Assembly: GCA_905178155.1 (NCBI GenBank)
Contig: CAJINV010000005.1
Location: forward strand, 5,550,279 to 5,614,278
Origin: Amoebophrya sp. A120
Taxonomy: Eukaryota; Protista; Dinoflagellata
Direction of reading: 5' to 3'
DNA: 64,000 nucleotides
The notes under the pieces are model-generated. The model was given only the letters and a program-made list of their open reading frames with translations. It ran no database searches and was not told where the DNA came from. The number at the start of each line of letters is the position of its first letter. The first letter of the stretch is position 1. Below are positions 1 through 12,200 of this stretch, one piece after another. The position numbers were made by a program, and so were the translations under genes.

Positions 1-91
1 CTAGGTCATGCATTACAGGCATCTTGGGTCATGAGAAATATGCATGACAAATCTTGCATTCTTCCAGACCCAGACATTTTTACATTTGATA
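1..91. mobile_element. Introner family A, right part (truncated by window edge)
   Basis: Ends in the family-A right TIR cttccagacccagacatttttacatttgata; next 5 nt (aacag) are the presumed TSD. Confidence 0.85.
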
Positions 92-96
92 AACAG

Positions 97-885
97 ATGA
101 TGGCTGCGAAAGCTGCCGAGGCGGCCTGGTGGCAACAACAGTACCACCAGCATTGTGCTGGTGAGCAACAGCAGCTAGGACATATGGATCAGCATGCTGC
201 ATCGGGAGTTGTAGATCCAACTGGAGCATCAAGTTCTGGCGCTTCTGCACCATCATCTTCGACGCACCAGCAGCAGCAGGAGATTAGGATGCCAGGACTT
301 CTGGCCGCCGGTGCTGCTGGACGCCGCGACAGAACTTCTACGGTAAACTACCCGATGAAAAAATCTTCCACGACAGCACCTCCGACCGAGCCGTACAACT
401 CCCCTGCCGATTTTAAGGATTTTCCCGAGCACGTACAAAGCCAGCTCTTGCAAGCCGCAGAAAGGCAAACTGCAGTGCAAGAGGCAGAGCAAAACGCAGG
501 GCAGTTGGTGGACAAGGCAGAAAGGGCTGCTGCTGCTGCTGCTGCATCTTCTTCTTCCGCAGGACCGGGGGCAAGAGGAACGCCGGCCAGCACAGGAGGG
601 AGTACTACTAGAACTGCCGCCATCCCACTTAGTCTTCACGACCAAGAACTGGAGGAGCAACGTGTAATGGATGTTGACCACCCAGGAGGAGAGTTGCACG
701 TCGCGACATCCAGCGCACACACACAAAGACAAAGGATGAATCTTTTTCGCGGGCCGCCTCAGGCAGCGCACCCGTGGAAGCCATTTATCAAAAAACCTGG
801 AGCAGCGGGCGGAGCAGGAGGAGGCTCTGGCTCTGCCAGCAGTGGTGCTGCTGGAAATAAGTACAGGAAAGACCATAGAAAATGA
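97..885 (+). CDS. Last exon of a low-complexity (Q/A/S/G-rich) hypothetical protein
   Basis: ORF 31..885; its first 22 codons come from the introner; TGA at 883-885. Confidence 0.7.
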   Translation: MMAAKAAEAAWWQQQYHQHCAGEQQQLGHMDQHAASGVVDPTGASSSGASAPSSSTHQQQQEIRMPGLLAAGAAGRRDRTSTVNYPMKKSSTTAPPTEPYNSPADFKDFPEHVQSQLLQAAERQTAVQEAEQNAGQLVDKAERAAAAAAASSSSAGPGARGTPASTGGSTTRTAAIPLSLHDQELEEQRVMDVDHPGGELHVATSSAHTQRQRMNLFRGPPQAAHPWKPFIKKPGAAGGAGGGSGSASSGAAGNKYRKDHRK

Positions 886-3232
886 GAATCATATCGTGAG
901 AAGCGCAAGCTTTAAAAGTGCAACTGAAGAAGTAGGCCGCTTCTAGCTCTGCATGAACACGATGATGTCGGTATTTTTTGTGCTGTCAAGTTTTGTTGCA
1001 TTTGCATCTCTTCGCTTCTTCCACCTGATATTGTCCTCTCTGAACTGAAAAATAATTTATCGGGCAAGATTAGTGAGCACGTACACGTAGACGTAGAAGA
1101 CCTCCTCATTTTCACAAATAAATTCGAGGTAGATACAACCCGGGTTTTTTCAAAATCCGGGGTACACGTAAAGGCGTTTAATATTTTTCCATCAAACAAG
1201 AAGAACTACCGAGAATACAGCTTTAAGTTTTGTCTAAGCTCGCTTTCTTTTATAACTTGAATCCAGGGCGACGGGTGGCCAGTTTGTTGTAGCAATAAAA
1301 TGATGTTGCGTAATATGCGCTCCGCCCTAGCGCTAGCCTAACAAGAGACCAAAAAACCTTTTACGAAATAAATGAAAAGCAGCACACCTGCACGTGCTAT
1401 GTAAGTATTTGCTTTTTTGACGATCATTTGAATTTCTCGATAGGGATCGAGTACTGGATACAGCACTCCGATGCATTTTGATTTTTTTTTCTTTTGCACT
1501 AATCAGACTTAGGGATACAGTCAGACAGGGGGCAACATATATTGCATTTTCTACTACCGTGCACGACAAGCAAGCGAATACGTGCAACGAGAAGCATAGC
1601 ACCCTTGATGCGAAATATTTCACTACAACAAAGGGCCCACGTTGCGGACCCCGGCATAAAGAGAAGACGCTCGACTTTATTGTAGAAAACTAGTACAACT
1701 TCGCCCTTTGGTCTTGCTTCCTCTGAGAAGTATTAAAACGGAACTATAATCCAGATCTTAATTTTTTTGTAGATACAACAAACGGCGCTTCATGCACAAG
1801 CCCTAGCGCAACAACTTCTTTTGAGAATATAGATTTCTTCTGCGACAGCTCGCAAGTGCATGGTTGTGGAATGCAATGCTCCTTATTTCTTGCAGTCGTA
1901 TGAATTATATGAAAATAAATACAAATACTCAGTGTTGAGAACAAAGAGAAAGGCCATCAGAGATTGAAATGGTTCTCTGCAAAAATGTTGAAATGAACAA
2001 AGAGCTGCAAGAATTTCTTTAAGTTTTCGGGAACGACTAAAATGCAAAAATGATTTCTTTTTTCTCACAAATGTTCTTGACTACGCTCTTGATGAGCAAG
2101 CAGTTTATCGGAAAAATGGAGAAAGCCGGCCTCTGTTGCCACTTCCTGTCGTGGTACGACATGGAGTCGAAATTTGAAAAAGTTTTTCTCTTTCAAATTT
2201 TCCTAAATCGTGTTCCTGAACTACAAGGTCATAAGGTGTTGCTCTTGCTTTTCGTACACACATGAAATCGTTCAAGTAGATTTTTTAGACAGCACTGTGT
2301 CGTACTAGTATCATGAAAGAAGTCCTTACTATGAGAGCGCCAGGAGCATCGTGCGATCATATTATAGTTCGTGGACATGATTGGCAAAAATTCACTCCAA
2401 AATTTTCACATCAAAATTAAAATTTAGTTTCGGCCACGGGCACCACAAATCGAATTCAAATTTGAGAACTTGAGGAGCCGCAAACCGCCTGTGCGTACAA
2501 GAACTTTGCAACTTGCACTTTTCCATCAGAGACGTTCTTCTTTTCACAAAAAAAAAATCACGCATTCATACAAACTACGAAGCTTCAGTCCTCGAGAAAC
2601 GATTCAAAGTTTTGCACGAAAAAGGGTAGAAGACCCCCCAAACTTGTTTTCCCCCGATAATATCCAATATCGGATCTAAAATTTTATTGAGTTCCTTATC
2701 CTTTGAATGTTCCATACAAAGAAAAAGGTTTATTCCAACTTTCTAGCACGACGTTTCTCAGCATCTGCAACTGCATCATCTGAGTTGTACTAGAAGAGAG
2801 GGTGCATTTAACATTTCTTTCGCTTTGAGTTTCATTTTCCATTTCCCGTTCTTTCGCAGCGATGAAATGATTCCACCAGCAATAGCACACGATTTTTCTG
2901 AACTTTCCCAATTTTTTCTCAACCTGACGACATCGATAGTCAGAACAAATTTCATCCTGACAGCACGAAAATCTAAATCTTCTAGGAGCAGTACAGCAGG
3001 TTTCTGTGCGACCACAACTATCGAGCGACCGATGGTCCACCTCTGAGTCGGCGATTAAATCTTATCTCGTCGCCGCCCGGGTTCATCTTTGTTTTATTTT
3101 CGTTGAAGAACAAGATGAACAACGACCAACCTATTATTTCCTTTTAAAGTTTCATATATTGCCTTGTTCCTATTTGTATTTCCTGAACGTCCGACGTCTG
3201 AAATTTCTAGTTTCCAATTCTAGTTTCCAAAA

Positions 3233-6200
3233 ATGTCAAGTTTTATTCCCACCATGTTCGGAGGTCTCGGCGAGGTGGATATGCATATGGACAACAACCT
3301 ATCCAACAAAAAAGTGTTAACGTTAACGGTTTTCACAGATGGCAGTCATTCATTACAAATTTTGCCTTCCAGCAATACAAATCTGCGCACCTTTTTTCAT
3401 GCATCACTGCATCACAAATTCCGTTTAACGTTAACACTTTTTCTTGTGATGCAACCCTTACAATAACGACAGCACAACGGGTATTGGTGGAACAACTCCT
3501 GGTGCCAATAACATGATGACGAACAACGCGACTAGTTCTCCGACCGCGAAAATGGCCACGGGGATCATCACGCTCCTTGGAAAAGACATGGCGGTCTGCG
3601 AAACGGTGCACAATGAGAAGGACGACGAGTTCGGGCACACGAGTCTTTTCGGCCAGACAGCTTCGGAGGTGAAGGTGTACTTTCCGCAGGTATGCATTGC
3701 ATGCAAAAGTATGATCTTCGTACTCGTTCCAATGCCAGTCTTGCATATACAGATCTAGTTTTGCACCTGAAACAGCATGACAAATGCCAGCTTTTCTGTA
3801 TGGAATAATTTGTCATGCCATTCATATTGGTACGACGACGACTTCCTACGATGACGATATTTTTGCGATGCATAGCAGGGAAAGCTCGATCATTTCGTTC
3901 TCAAGCCCGGCGACCAACTCGCTTTCGAGCTCGACGAATACCAAGACCCAACGAGAAACGTCCCGGAATCCCAGGTGTGGGCTTTGAACCCAGTGTCCCT
4001 CGAGCATAAATTTTCTTCCGACATGAAAGGCCACGGCGCGAAAAGGGAACTCATCGAGCAGCAAGTCTTTCCCTTTCCGAAACATGTGGGGAAACTAGTC
4101 AGGTACAGCAAAGAACATACGAAACAGGGCGGGAACATATCCTGAGTAAAAATGTCCCCACACCAGAGTCAAGATGGGAAATCTGCTAGACAAATCAGCC
4201 AGCTTTGGTTGTTTCGCATGACAAATTTGTCCTTGTAGTGTAATCCTGTTTAGCTAGTTCCGAAGCATTACAGACCTAGCGCGTCATGCTGATTCTAGCA
4301 TCACAAATTCCGAAACGCGGCGAGGAGATGGCTCGTATGGGGCTCCGCATGAGAGACTTTTTTGGCATGCAATTTTGCATGACAACTCTGAGATGGGGAC
4401 GTTTTTACTCAGGATACAACATTCGCGGGAACTTCGGCAACGGGTTTATTGAGGCCAAGGACGCGGCGGACTGTGATATCTACATTCACCATTCGATCGT
4501 GTTAGAAACAATCCCGATGATGACCTTTGTCGCCTTCGACGTACATTACAACGCGCAAAACAAGCCGTATGGAAGCCTCAGAATCGAATAAATCAATAAA
4601 GTTGAAATAGTTTGTCATGCATAAAATGCAACGCAGAAAGTGCCTGTCTTGCAGACTAGGCAAGGGAGGCACATTGTAAGCCTGTTTCGGGGTAGAAATA
4701 GAGCTGCCAAAGCTGCATGAAAAAAGGCGTCTTCCTTACCCAAACAGCATTACAAACTGGATTTCGGCTCTACTCAAATTTGTAATGCGCGGCTTAGAAA
4801 TTGGGCTTGCAACTGGTATCGATTTTATGCATTACAAGTTACTTCAACTTTGTCGATTTCAACTCTGACACATCCATAAGCCGCAAGCCAGCGCCCCGCT
4901 GTGGCAGTTGGTCGAGGATTTGCCGAGTTCGAAAACCGTGTGGGAACAGCAGCTACAGAACAACAATAAAGGCGGAAACAACAACATCAACTCTGGTGGC
5001 CTCATTACCGCTCCTTCCTCTGCGCAGAAGCCCGCCCTGATGCAGCGCTCTTCGTCCCTCCAGACAGCGACAATGACGCAGAACAATAAACTCGATAAAA
5101 ATGATCAGCTGAATCTGTTGCAGAACATCACTTCTGTTTTAACCAACATCGTGACTGGGAATCAGTCCACGTCCGACGCCGGCGCGGCTCTGGCGCAACT
5201 CGGGCAAACCATCCAAGCGCCACAAACGCAGAGGGTTGGAGCAGGTATGGGGATGATGAGCAACAACGTGGGAACTACTACGCAGCGAATTCAACCACCA
5301 GGAGGGGTTAATACAGCGATGTTGACTTCGCAAAACAACAAAAGAGATCCAAACGAGAAGGAAACTTTTTTGAACCCAGCCCGGCACATCAAGGACGAGG
5401 CAAGGGAGTATTTGGAAAAAAATTTGGACAAAACGGTCCTGAAAGACATCCACATCGGCGTGATCGGCGATTTCACCCCCGACGGCGACCACACCATCAT
5501 CCACGCGGCGGAGTGCAATGTCTCGACCGACCGCAGCCAAATCCCGCAAAACGGTATGTACTTCGTACCGAACTACGTTTTGGGGAAGTACGAGTTGAAA
5601 CGGGGCACGATGATCGCCTTCCGGATTGAGTTGAGTAAGGAGGGACACCCGCTAATGCAGCACGCGGATTTCGTGAAATTCGGAACCGGGTTTGGGATTT
5701 GGGAGCTCACGACACCCTTCCGGGCGGAACAAGATGTAATTTTCGGAGATTACTTCGGAAAGTAGGAATGGGAAGAAGAAGTCATGGAAGTCATTGGAGG
5801 AACGCCGGTTCTCAAATCATCAATATCCGGTTGTCTGTGATCATTACAAGCTGCGATGCATTTTGAGAGGTTGATGGTTGTTAGGATCGAAAGTGTAGTG
5901 TTGTGTAAAAGTGTACTTCAACCATTTAACGTGTTAGCCAACTACACGCAAAACTCAGCGAAGTTGCAGTCTGTGCAGGCGTCACGCGCATTCGCATTTT
6001 TCGGTTATTATATATGATTTTATGGTGCCACAGAATTTCATGTAATCTCTAAACCGATATAACAACCAAATAAAGAACCGCGCACGATAAAAAAAGCTTC
6101 CACGATCTTCCTCTTCCTTTCCATACCACGATCGTGAATATGTCAACGGCTGGCAACGCGTTTGTCGAAACTAATGTGCTGAAGAAAGAGTACAAAAACG

Positions 6201-8204
6201 ACGCCTACATTCACGACAAGATCATGGAATTGTGCCACCTGGGTCTGAACAATGTTATCTGCTTTCGCGTGCACATCTCCGGTTCTGGGAATCCCCAGGT
6301 TTCCGCCCCGGTGTGGCGGTTGTGCATCCCGGGCGGGCACAAGGGGGAAAACGACCCGGCGTTGCTGTTTCAGGTAAAGATTTGTGTTTCATCTGTTTGC
6401 GCTTTTCACCATTGCGATTTATCACTCTATGCTTAGGCAGCATGACAAATTATGTATGAAGCTGCAGCTCAGGAGCAATTCTTTGTCTTTTCCACAACAA
6501 CAGCAAGCGCTGGCGGAGAAGAAAACCGGTCCGACGGTTTCCGCGGCCGCCGCCCAGCATCAAACCACCGCGACGATTCGATCGAGCAGCAAACTCCTGA
6601 TCCAGCAGGTCTCGGAGGAGGAAAAGCAGCATGATGATGGGGAAAACCTGTGGGAGCTTCGGTCCCTGGACGAGAAGCACACCATGCGGGACATCGCCTT
6701 CCACAATTTTGAGTACGAAGGCTTCGTAAACAACATCAACAAGGTCGGGCATGTATCCTGTGCAAAAGTATCGTACTCGTAGTAATCGCAATCATGCATT
6801 ACAAATTTCCATCCCAAAGCAAAATAGCATGAGAAATTCCATTCGTTATGCTGACCGAATTTGTAATGCGATTTCTACTAGTACAATGCTTTTGCAATGC
6901 ATAGCATGGCTTCGCTCGCGCCCCCGGGTATTTCGTCGACGAAAAGAACCGGAACATTTTCCTCCACAAGGACATGGTAGAACGCGGGGAGATGAAGCCC
7001 AACATGCGGTTTATGCATTGCAAAAGTATCGCACTTAGTACGAGATTGCATGACAAATTTTCTCCGGTTGAAAAATGAATTTGTCATGCTAGAACAGTAG
7101 AAAATGAGTTTTGTCATGCATGGTTGCGATGCATTACCATTACTTTGAGTGCGAAGATGCTTTTGCATTTGATACGGTTTCGTTTCAAGCTGCATTTTAA
7201 CAAGGAGGGGTTACCGCAGGCGAGCCAGCCGGTCTGGGTGTGCCTAACCGCGGAGGGGGCGGCGACGGGAGAGCAGGCGGACGGAAAGGGGGCTACAGCT
7301 TCTTCCACGGGAGGTGCGTTAAACGTGGTCCCGGTAGTGGGAGCCACAGCCGGAACAGCCATAATGGCGGGGCGGAACGGAGCAATCGGAGGTGCTCCGC
7401 GGCTAAACTTAGCAGCCACTGGCGGCTCGGTTGGAGGGCACCAGCAACCGCAACAGCCGCAGATAAACAATCGCAACCCCTTGTTTGGCACGTCCACCGC
7501 TCCTAATTTTAATCCTTCTGGTGGAGCAGCTGCAGGTACAACTTCTAAAAAGCTGATGCCATTGCCGGGTCGCCCTCCGGCGATGGGGCAGCAGCAGTAT
7601 CAACTGTAAAAATGTCTGGGTCTGGAAGAATCCACCTTGTCATGCTGATTTTGGATTCTAAAAAAATCTGTATTGCAAGAGCAGCAAAGAGAGTCCAAAT
7701 TTTGCAGCACGGAAAGAGCATTTGTCATGCGGAATAGGCTTCAGGAAGCCCTCTAAAAATCTGTGATGCTAGGGCATGCGTCACAGACTTGAGGAGTCAT
7801 GCAAAATGTGCATGACAAACCTGGCAATCTTCCAGACCCAGACATTTTTACATTTGATAAGCAGTCGCAGGTGACTACAAAGGGAAATAACAATAACTTT
7901 TCTACAAAAGGCGGCGGGAAGGGTGGCAAGGGGAAGATATGACAGGAAGAAGTGTTAACGTGAAGGTTAACGGAATTTGTGATGCAGCAATGCATCTTCA
8001 CGAAACGTATCAAAATTTGTCATGGATAGCATGCATATTGGGCTACATTTGTGATGCATGACTGCAATCTGTGAACACCGTTAACGTTAACACTTTTTCC
8101 TGTGATAGAAGAACAAGATCAACGAAGATTATAGGATGGACAGTTTTTTGCCCAAAAACCTGTTCGGAAATAGCAACCAGGCGAGCAGGCCGACTCCGTA
8201 TTAG
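3233..8204 (+). CDS. Multi cold-shock/OB-fold domain RNA-binding protein, split by 9 introners and 1 canonical intron
   Basis: Removing each element plus one TSD gives one ORF with repeated CSD-like motifs (GNGFIEAK..DIYIHHS; GNAFVE..DAYIHDK; GHGFARA..NIFLHKD), each followed by F.V/LH...G/K.PQA/VS.P.W; ends PTPY-TAG. Confidence 0.8.
3300..3451. mobile_element. Introner family C
   Basis: TIR ...aaaaagtgttaacgttaacgg / ccgtttaacgttaacactttttc; TSD caacc; join DNN-PYN in frame. Confidence 0.85.
3691..3874. mobile_element. Introner family B (diverged)
   Basis: tatgcattgc..caaaagtat / atatttttgcgatgcata; TSD gcagg also yields GT-AG ends; join FPQ-GKLD. Confidence 0.85.
4138..4416. mobile_element. 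Introner family D
   Basis: TIR tatcctgagtaaaaatgtcccc / ggggacgtttttactcaggata; TSD gaaca/caaca; join GGN-IRGNFG. Confidence 0.9.
4568..4878. mobile_element. Introner family E
   Basis: Long TIR tatgga...aaagttgaaata...tgcataaaat; TSD agccg; join NKP-QASAPLW. Confidence 0.9.
5763..6125. mobile_element. Decayed introner (singleton family)
   Basis: Degenerate TIR taggaatgggaagaagaagtcatggaag / cttccacgatcttcctcttcctttccata; TSD decayed (gaaag/ccacg); removing element +5 nt gives YFGK-IVNMS. Confidence 0.7.
6374..6503 (+). other. Canonical GT-AG spliceosomal intron
   Basis: cag|gtaaag ... ctttgtcttttccacaacaacag|caa; phase 0, joins LLFQ-QALAEK. Confidence 0.7.
6754..6903. mobile_element. Introner family B
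   Basis: TIR tatcctgtgcaaaagtatcgtac / gtacaatgcttttgcaatgcata; TSD gcatg; join VGH-GFARA. Confidence 0.9.
7012..7174. mobile_element. Introner family B
   Basis: Family-B TIRs; TSD cggtt; join NMRF-RFKLHF. Confidence 0.9.
7598..7859. mobile_element. Introner family A
   Basis: 32-bp TIR tatcaactgtaaaaatgtctgggtctggaaga; TSD agcag; frame restored. Confidence 0.92.
7938..8107. mobile_element. Introner family C
   Basis: tatgacaggaagaagtgttaacg / cgttaacactttttcctgtgata; TSD gaaga; removal eliminates a TGA and extends the ORF to 8204. Confidence 0.88.
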
Positions 8205-8219
8205 GAGGTGCATTTTTAT

Positions 8220-8434
8220 TATGCAAGAAAAAAAGAAAAACTGTGTAAGTGTAACTCTGTAATGCAAAACATGCAACAGAGTTACACCTGTCATGCCACA
8301 CAGCCATGAAGTCCTTTTTTCATGTGTATTTTCCCTTACAAGCCACACATGACAGGTTTTTTCTGTCATGTAGAGCAAATCTGTGATGCTGTCAGCCAAA
8401 GAAAGTTACACTAACACAGTTTTTTTCTTGGATA
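8220..8434. mobile_element. Introner family F, just 3' of the stop codon (3' UTR)
   Basis: tatgcaagaaaaaaa..actgtgtaagtgtaac / gttacactaacacagttttttcttggata; TSD tttat. Confidence 0.88.
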
Positions 8435-9258
8435 TTTATGGCTCGCTAGAAGTGCGTTCTTCTTGTCTATGATCTCCAACGGTGTGTCGAACATCAAGAA
8501 TAAAACGACAGCACACACTTTCGCATAAAAACCTTTCCTCCAAGTAGAATTTTCCTCGTGATATGTATGACCTCCAAGAAGCTGCTGTGCAAAAGTACTT
8601 GAAGTTGTTTTGTCCCTTGGGATGAACAACTTCTTCCCACCTGCTGCGCGGAATAAAAAGCTCTCGTTGTTCCTTTGTGCGACATCAATTAGGAAAACCA
8701 CGAAGCTAGTGACACAGAAAGAACTAAAGAACGAAGATCTAGCTTTTAGTCCAGCCTAATATCAGCGTGAAGATCATTTTTATTTTTCTGGTGACTGATG
8801 ATCCATTTAGGTTTAGCTTCAGCATCAACCAAAGCTGATGAACGCGGCCGTCGTCAGAAGAGTACCTCTAGTTCAGTACCTGTGCAACTTTTTCTTCAAG
8901 GATTGCTCTGTGTACGAGCAGTTCTGAAGAACAGATCCCTACTGGCATGTCAACATAGTAGTAGTACTTTGAGTGATCATGCCCTCATCCGCATGATTTT
9001 AAGGAGTATTATTTGTGGGACCACTACGAATTATTATGCTCCTGCGTCTCTCCTTGTACTACTTTCACAGCAAAATGCTCCATCTTCTCTTTGACATTGA
9101 AATCTTCCTTGCATAGTTTTTTAGGTCTGGATGAAACGAGAACTTACGACGTCTTATTCTTTCTCTTTCAGCACTTCAGAGCGGTAGCTCTCGTGCCTTA
9201 TTGTTATTTCAGCATTTTTTTTTCCTACATTAACATTTCAAATTAAAGCCACATAGTC

Positions 9259-12200
9259 ATGGCCATGCTGCGGTTCCAAAGCGAATCTGTTGAGTCTATC
9301 TCATCTTCCCGCAGCCCTACAAACCGACCTGGAGGTGCGAAGGTGAGGTTCTGCTTGGCGACAAAGACCATATCACATTTTCGCCTCGCAACCATTTTTG
9401 CGTTTCACTGTCTCTTGTGTAGTGTGCAGATGAAATTTTCTGTACTAGCGCTCGGGCTCGAGCTAAGGAAAGCGGTAGCTGCAACGCCTGCTGCCGGAGG
9501 TACTAGTCCAGCTCTACTCGTGCCGCACGAACACCATGTTGAGCATAGTACTCTGAGTTCCACAGCCACTGCTGCAGCTTCTGTGATTCAGCATCCTGCC
9601 GCGGCCGCTCGGAGGCCGGTGCCGGCAGCTTTGCAGCAGGCAGACCTGCAGCAGCCTCAACAACCAGAAATCAATCCAAGCGGCCCCGCTGGACAACAAC
9701 TTGGCGGCTCGCCAAAATCCCCCGATGCCACACGGTCGGACTTAGCAGCTTGGGCGAGGAGGCATCAAACTACCGGAGGCGCAGCAGCAGGGTCTTTGCT
9801 GCTGAGCACGCAGTTGCACAGTCTGATGCCCGGTGGAGGTGGTGGGTCGCCGGCAGGGAGTCCGGTCGCGGCTGCACAGCCAGGAGTACTACAGGTACAG
9901 CACCAGTACAACCCACATCACGCACCAGGATATGTTGACTATGCATTACCTGCTCAAGAACATAATGGGCATGATGCAAATCCAAATGCATCTTCCCCAG
10001 AACAGGAGCAGAATTTCTACATGCAACAGCTCCAGCTGCGGCAGCAGTTGCAGCAGGAGCAGACGCAGTTGCGGATGTGGTTGCACCACCATCAGGTTAC
10101 TAGTGCGCAAGCACAACAGCAGCAGCAGCAGCAGTACTATGCGCAATATTACCATCAACAGCAGATGATGCAGCATGCGCAAGCTGGTGGTCACACAGTT
10201 GGCCAGCAAATGGTTTGCCACGGAGGCCAACAGGCAAATGCCGTGGGAATAAACGCGGCAGTGTCCCCCGTAGTACAGGGTGGTGGTGGTAGTGTTCCAC
10301 CTAATATCATGATGTCTCCTGCGCCGCCTCCTGCCAGTGCTGGCGCAACAACTACACCTGCGGTTGATCATGTTGGTGCGGCTGCTTCGAACTTGGCAAG
10401 CGCGGGCACGGGCGGCGGGGGTGTCTATCACGTCGACCAGCAGGTCGTTATGCAACGGCCCACCGAGCACGTATGGAGTGTGCGAGGTACGCTCGGTTGC
10501 CCTGTGATGCAAGTGGTGCATCAAACTACGGTTCCGGTTCTCACGAGTGGTGCAACAACGACTGGAGAGCAAATACCGCAACAGCAATCTTCCTCTGCCA
10601 GCAGTACAGAGCCTCGCCCTACTCAGCAGCAATTTGATCGGAATGTTGCGCACGCGCGAGAGCTTGCGTCTGCCACGAAAGCAAATCTGGGGACAACGAG
10701 TCCAAAAAGTTTGGGGCTAGTGTCAGACGGTTGTTCCGCCGTTCATGCATCATATGAAGCGGGGACACAGGAACTGCAATTTGGAAGTGCGTCTACCTCA
10801 GGAACTGATGCGCAATGCGCGGCTTCAGCGCCAGCGAAAGAGCAGCACGGTGCGTCTACCTCTGATGACCATACTCACCAAGAACAGCAGCAAACGACGG
10901 GCAGTGGTGGGAGTGACGCGGGCTTTTACAACACCTACAGTGGCTGTGGGCCGCAAGAACATGGCTACCTCTACCCTCACCCACCGTATCAAACCGGGAC
11001 AGGAGAAGGGGAACAACAACAACAAGCACAGTGCCCACAGCAGCTACAGCTGCCGCCCCAGCACAACTTTATCCCTTCTGAGCACCAAGATCAATATCAA
11101 GGTCTTATTCATGCGCCCGGAAGAACCCACGATCCACCTGCGGCGCAGTTTTACAACTCTGGAGGAGGATTTGTTTGGGGCCAGCCCCAGCAGCCGTTGA
11201 CCGAGGGCGGAGTGCCTTCCTATGAGAGTGCACATCTCCCCCTCCTCCTCGTTTGTTAGGCTTGAACAGCAATACAAAAGCCAGCACTCCTGAAGCCTGT
11301 GCATGACAAGTTCACCGGTCGTCAAAGGTAGTACTGTTTGGCCTTCCAAAATTTGTCATGCAAACAGTGCTACAGGGCAGCAAATGGATTTGCGGTTTTG
11401 CATAACAAATGAGGATGAGGGGGAGCTGTGCAATGTCATACTTCCATGGATGTTACCATGATTCCTTACTCGCCGGTAGCCAGTTATGGAGGCATCAGGA
11501 TCGAAATCGACAAAGTTGAAATAATTTCTCATGCATAAATTGCAAGGCATGAAGTGCCTCTCTTGCAGGGATGGCAAGTGAGGCCGACTGGCAGCCTGTT
11601 TGCGGTCTGCGATAGAGCTGCTAAAGTAGCATGACAAAAGACGCCTTTTGTCCCTAAACAGCATGACAACTGGATTTAGACGGTGCCGAAATTTGTCATG
11701 CACCGCTTCGAAATTGGGCTTCCAACTGGTATCGATTTTATGCATGGCAAATTATTTTAACTTTGACGATTTCGATCCTGACACATCCATACCAGTCCGA
11801 GCACTGCGGAAGGTCCTCGCGCAGGCAGTACCAGTATTCATCCCGTAGTACAGCCCTTGTATGCGCCGTCGCCGGCTGGAGAAGCTTCGGCTTCAGGTAG
11901 GAAAAATCCTCAACAAGGGGGGCTGAGTCCTGCTCCTGGAGAAGTACTAGTAGACACAACTACCATGACAATCACTGCATCTCCCTCCAGTAACGCGATG
12001 ATCACATCCCCCGTTGGAACAATTTTTCCCGAAACCCCATCGCCATCCAGAATGCACAATTTGAGCCAGGAGCCGGGTGTTTTTGCAGCAGCTCAGGATC
12101 ATATTACAACTTCTAACCAGTTGTATCAGACGGCGGATGCGGACCTCCAAGCAGCTCTTATTTCTAGCATGAATCTGCAGCAAGAACCGCGGGAAATGTT

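Noticed and set aside
7940-7942. TGA as the stop of the CSD gene
   Set aside because: It lies inside introner 7938..8107; the frame continues to 8204
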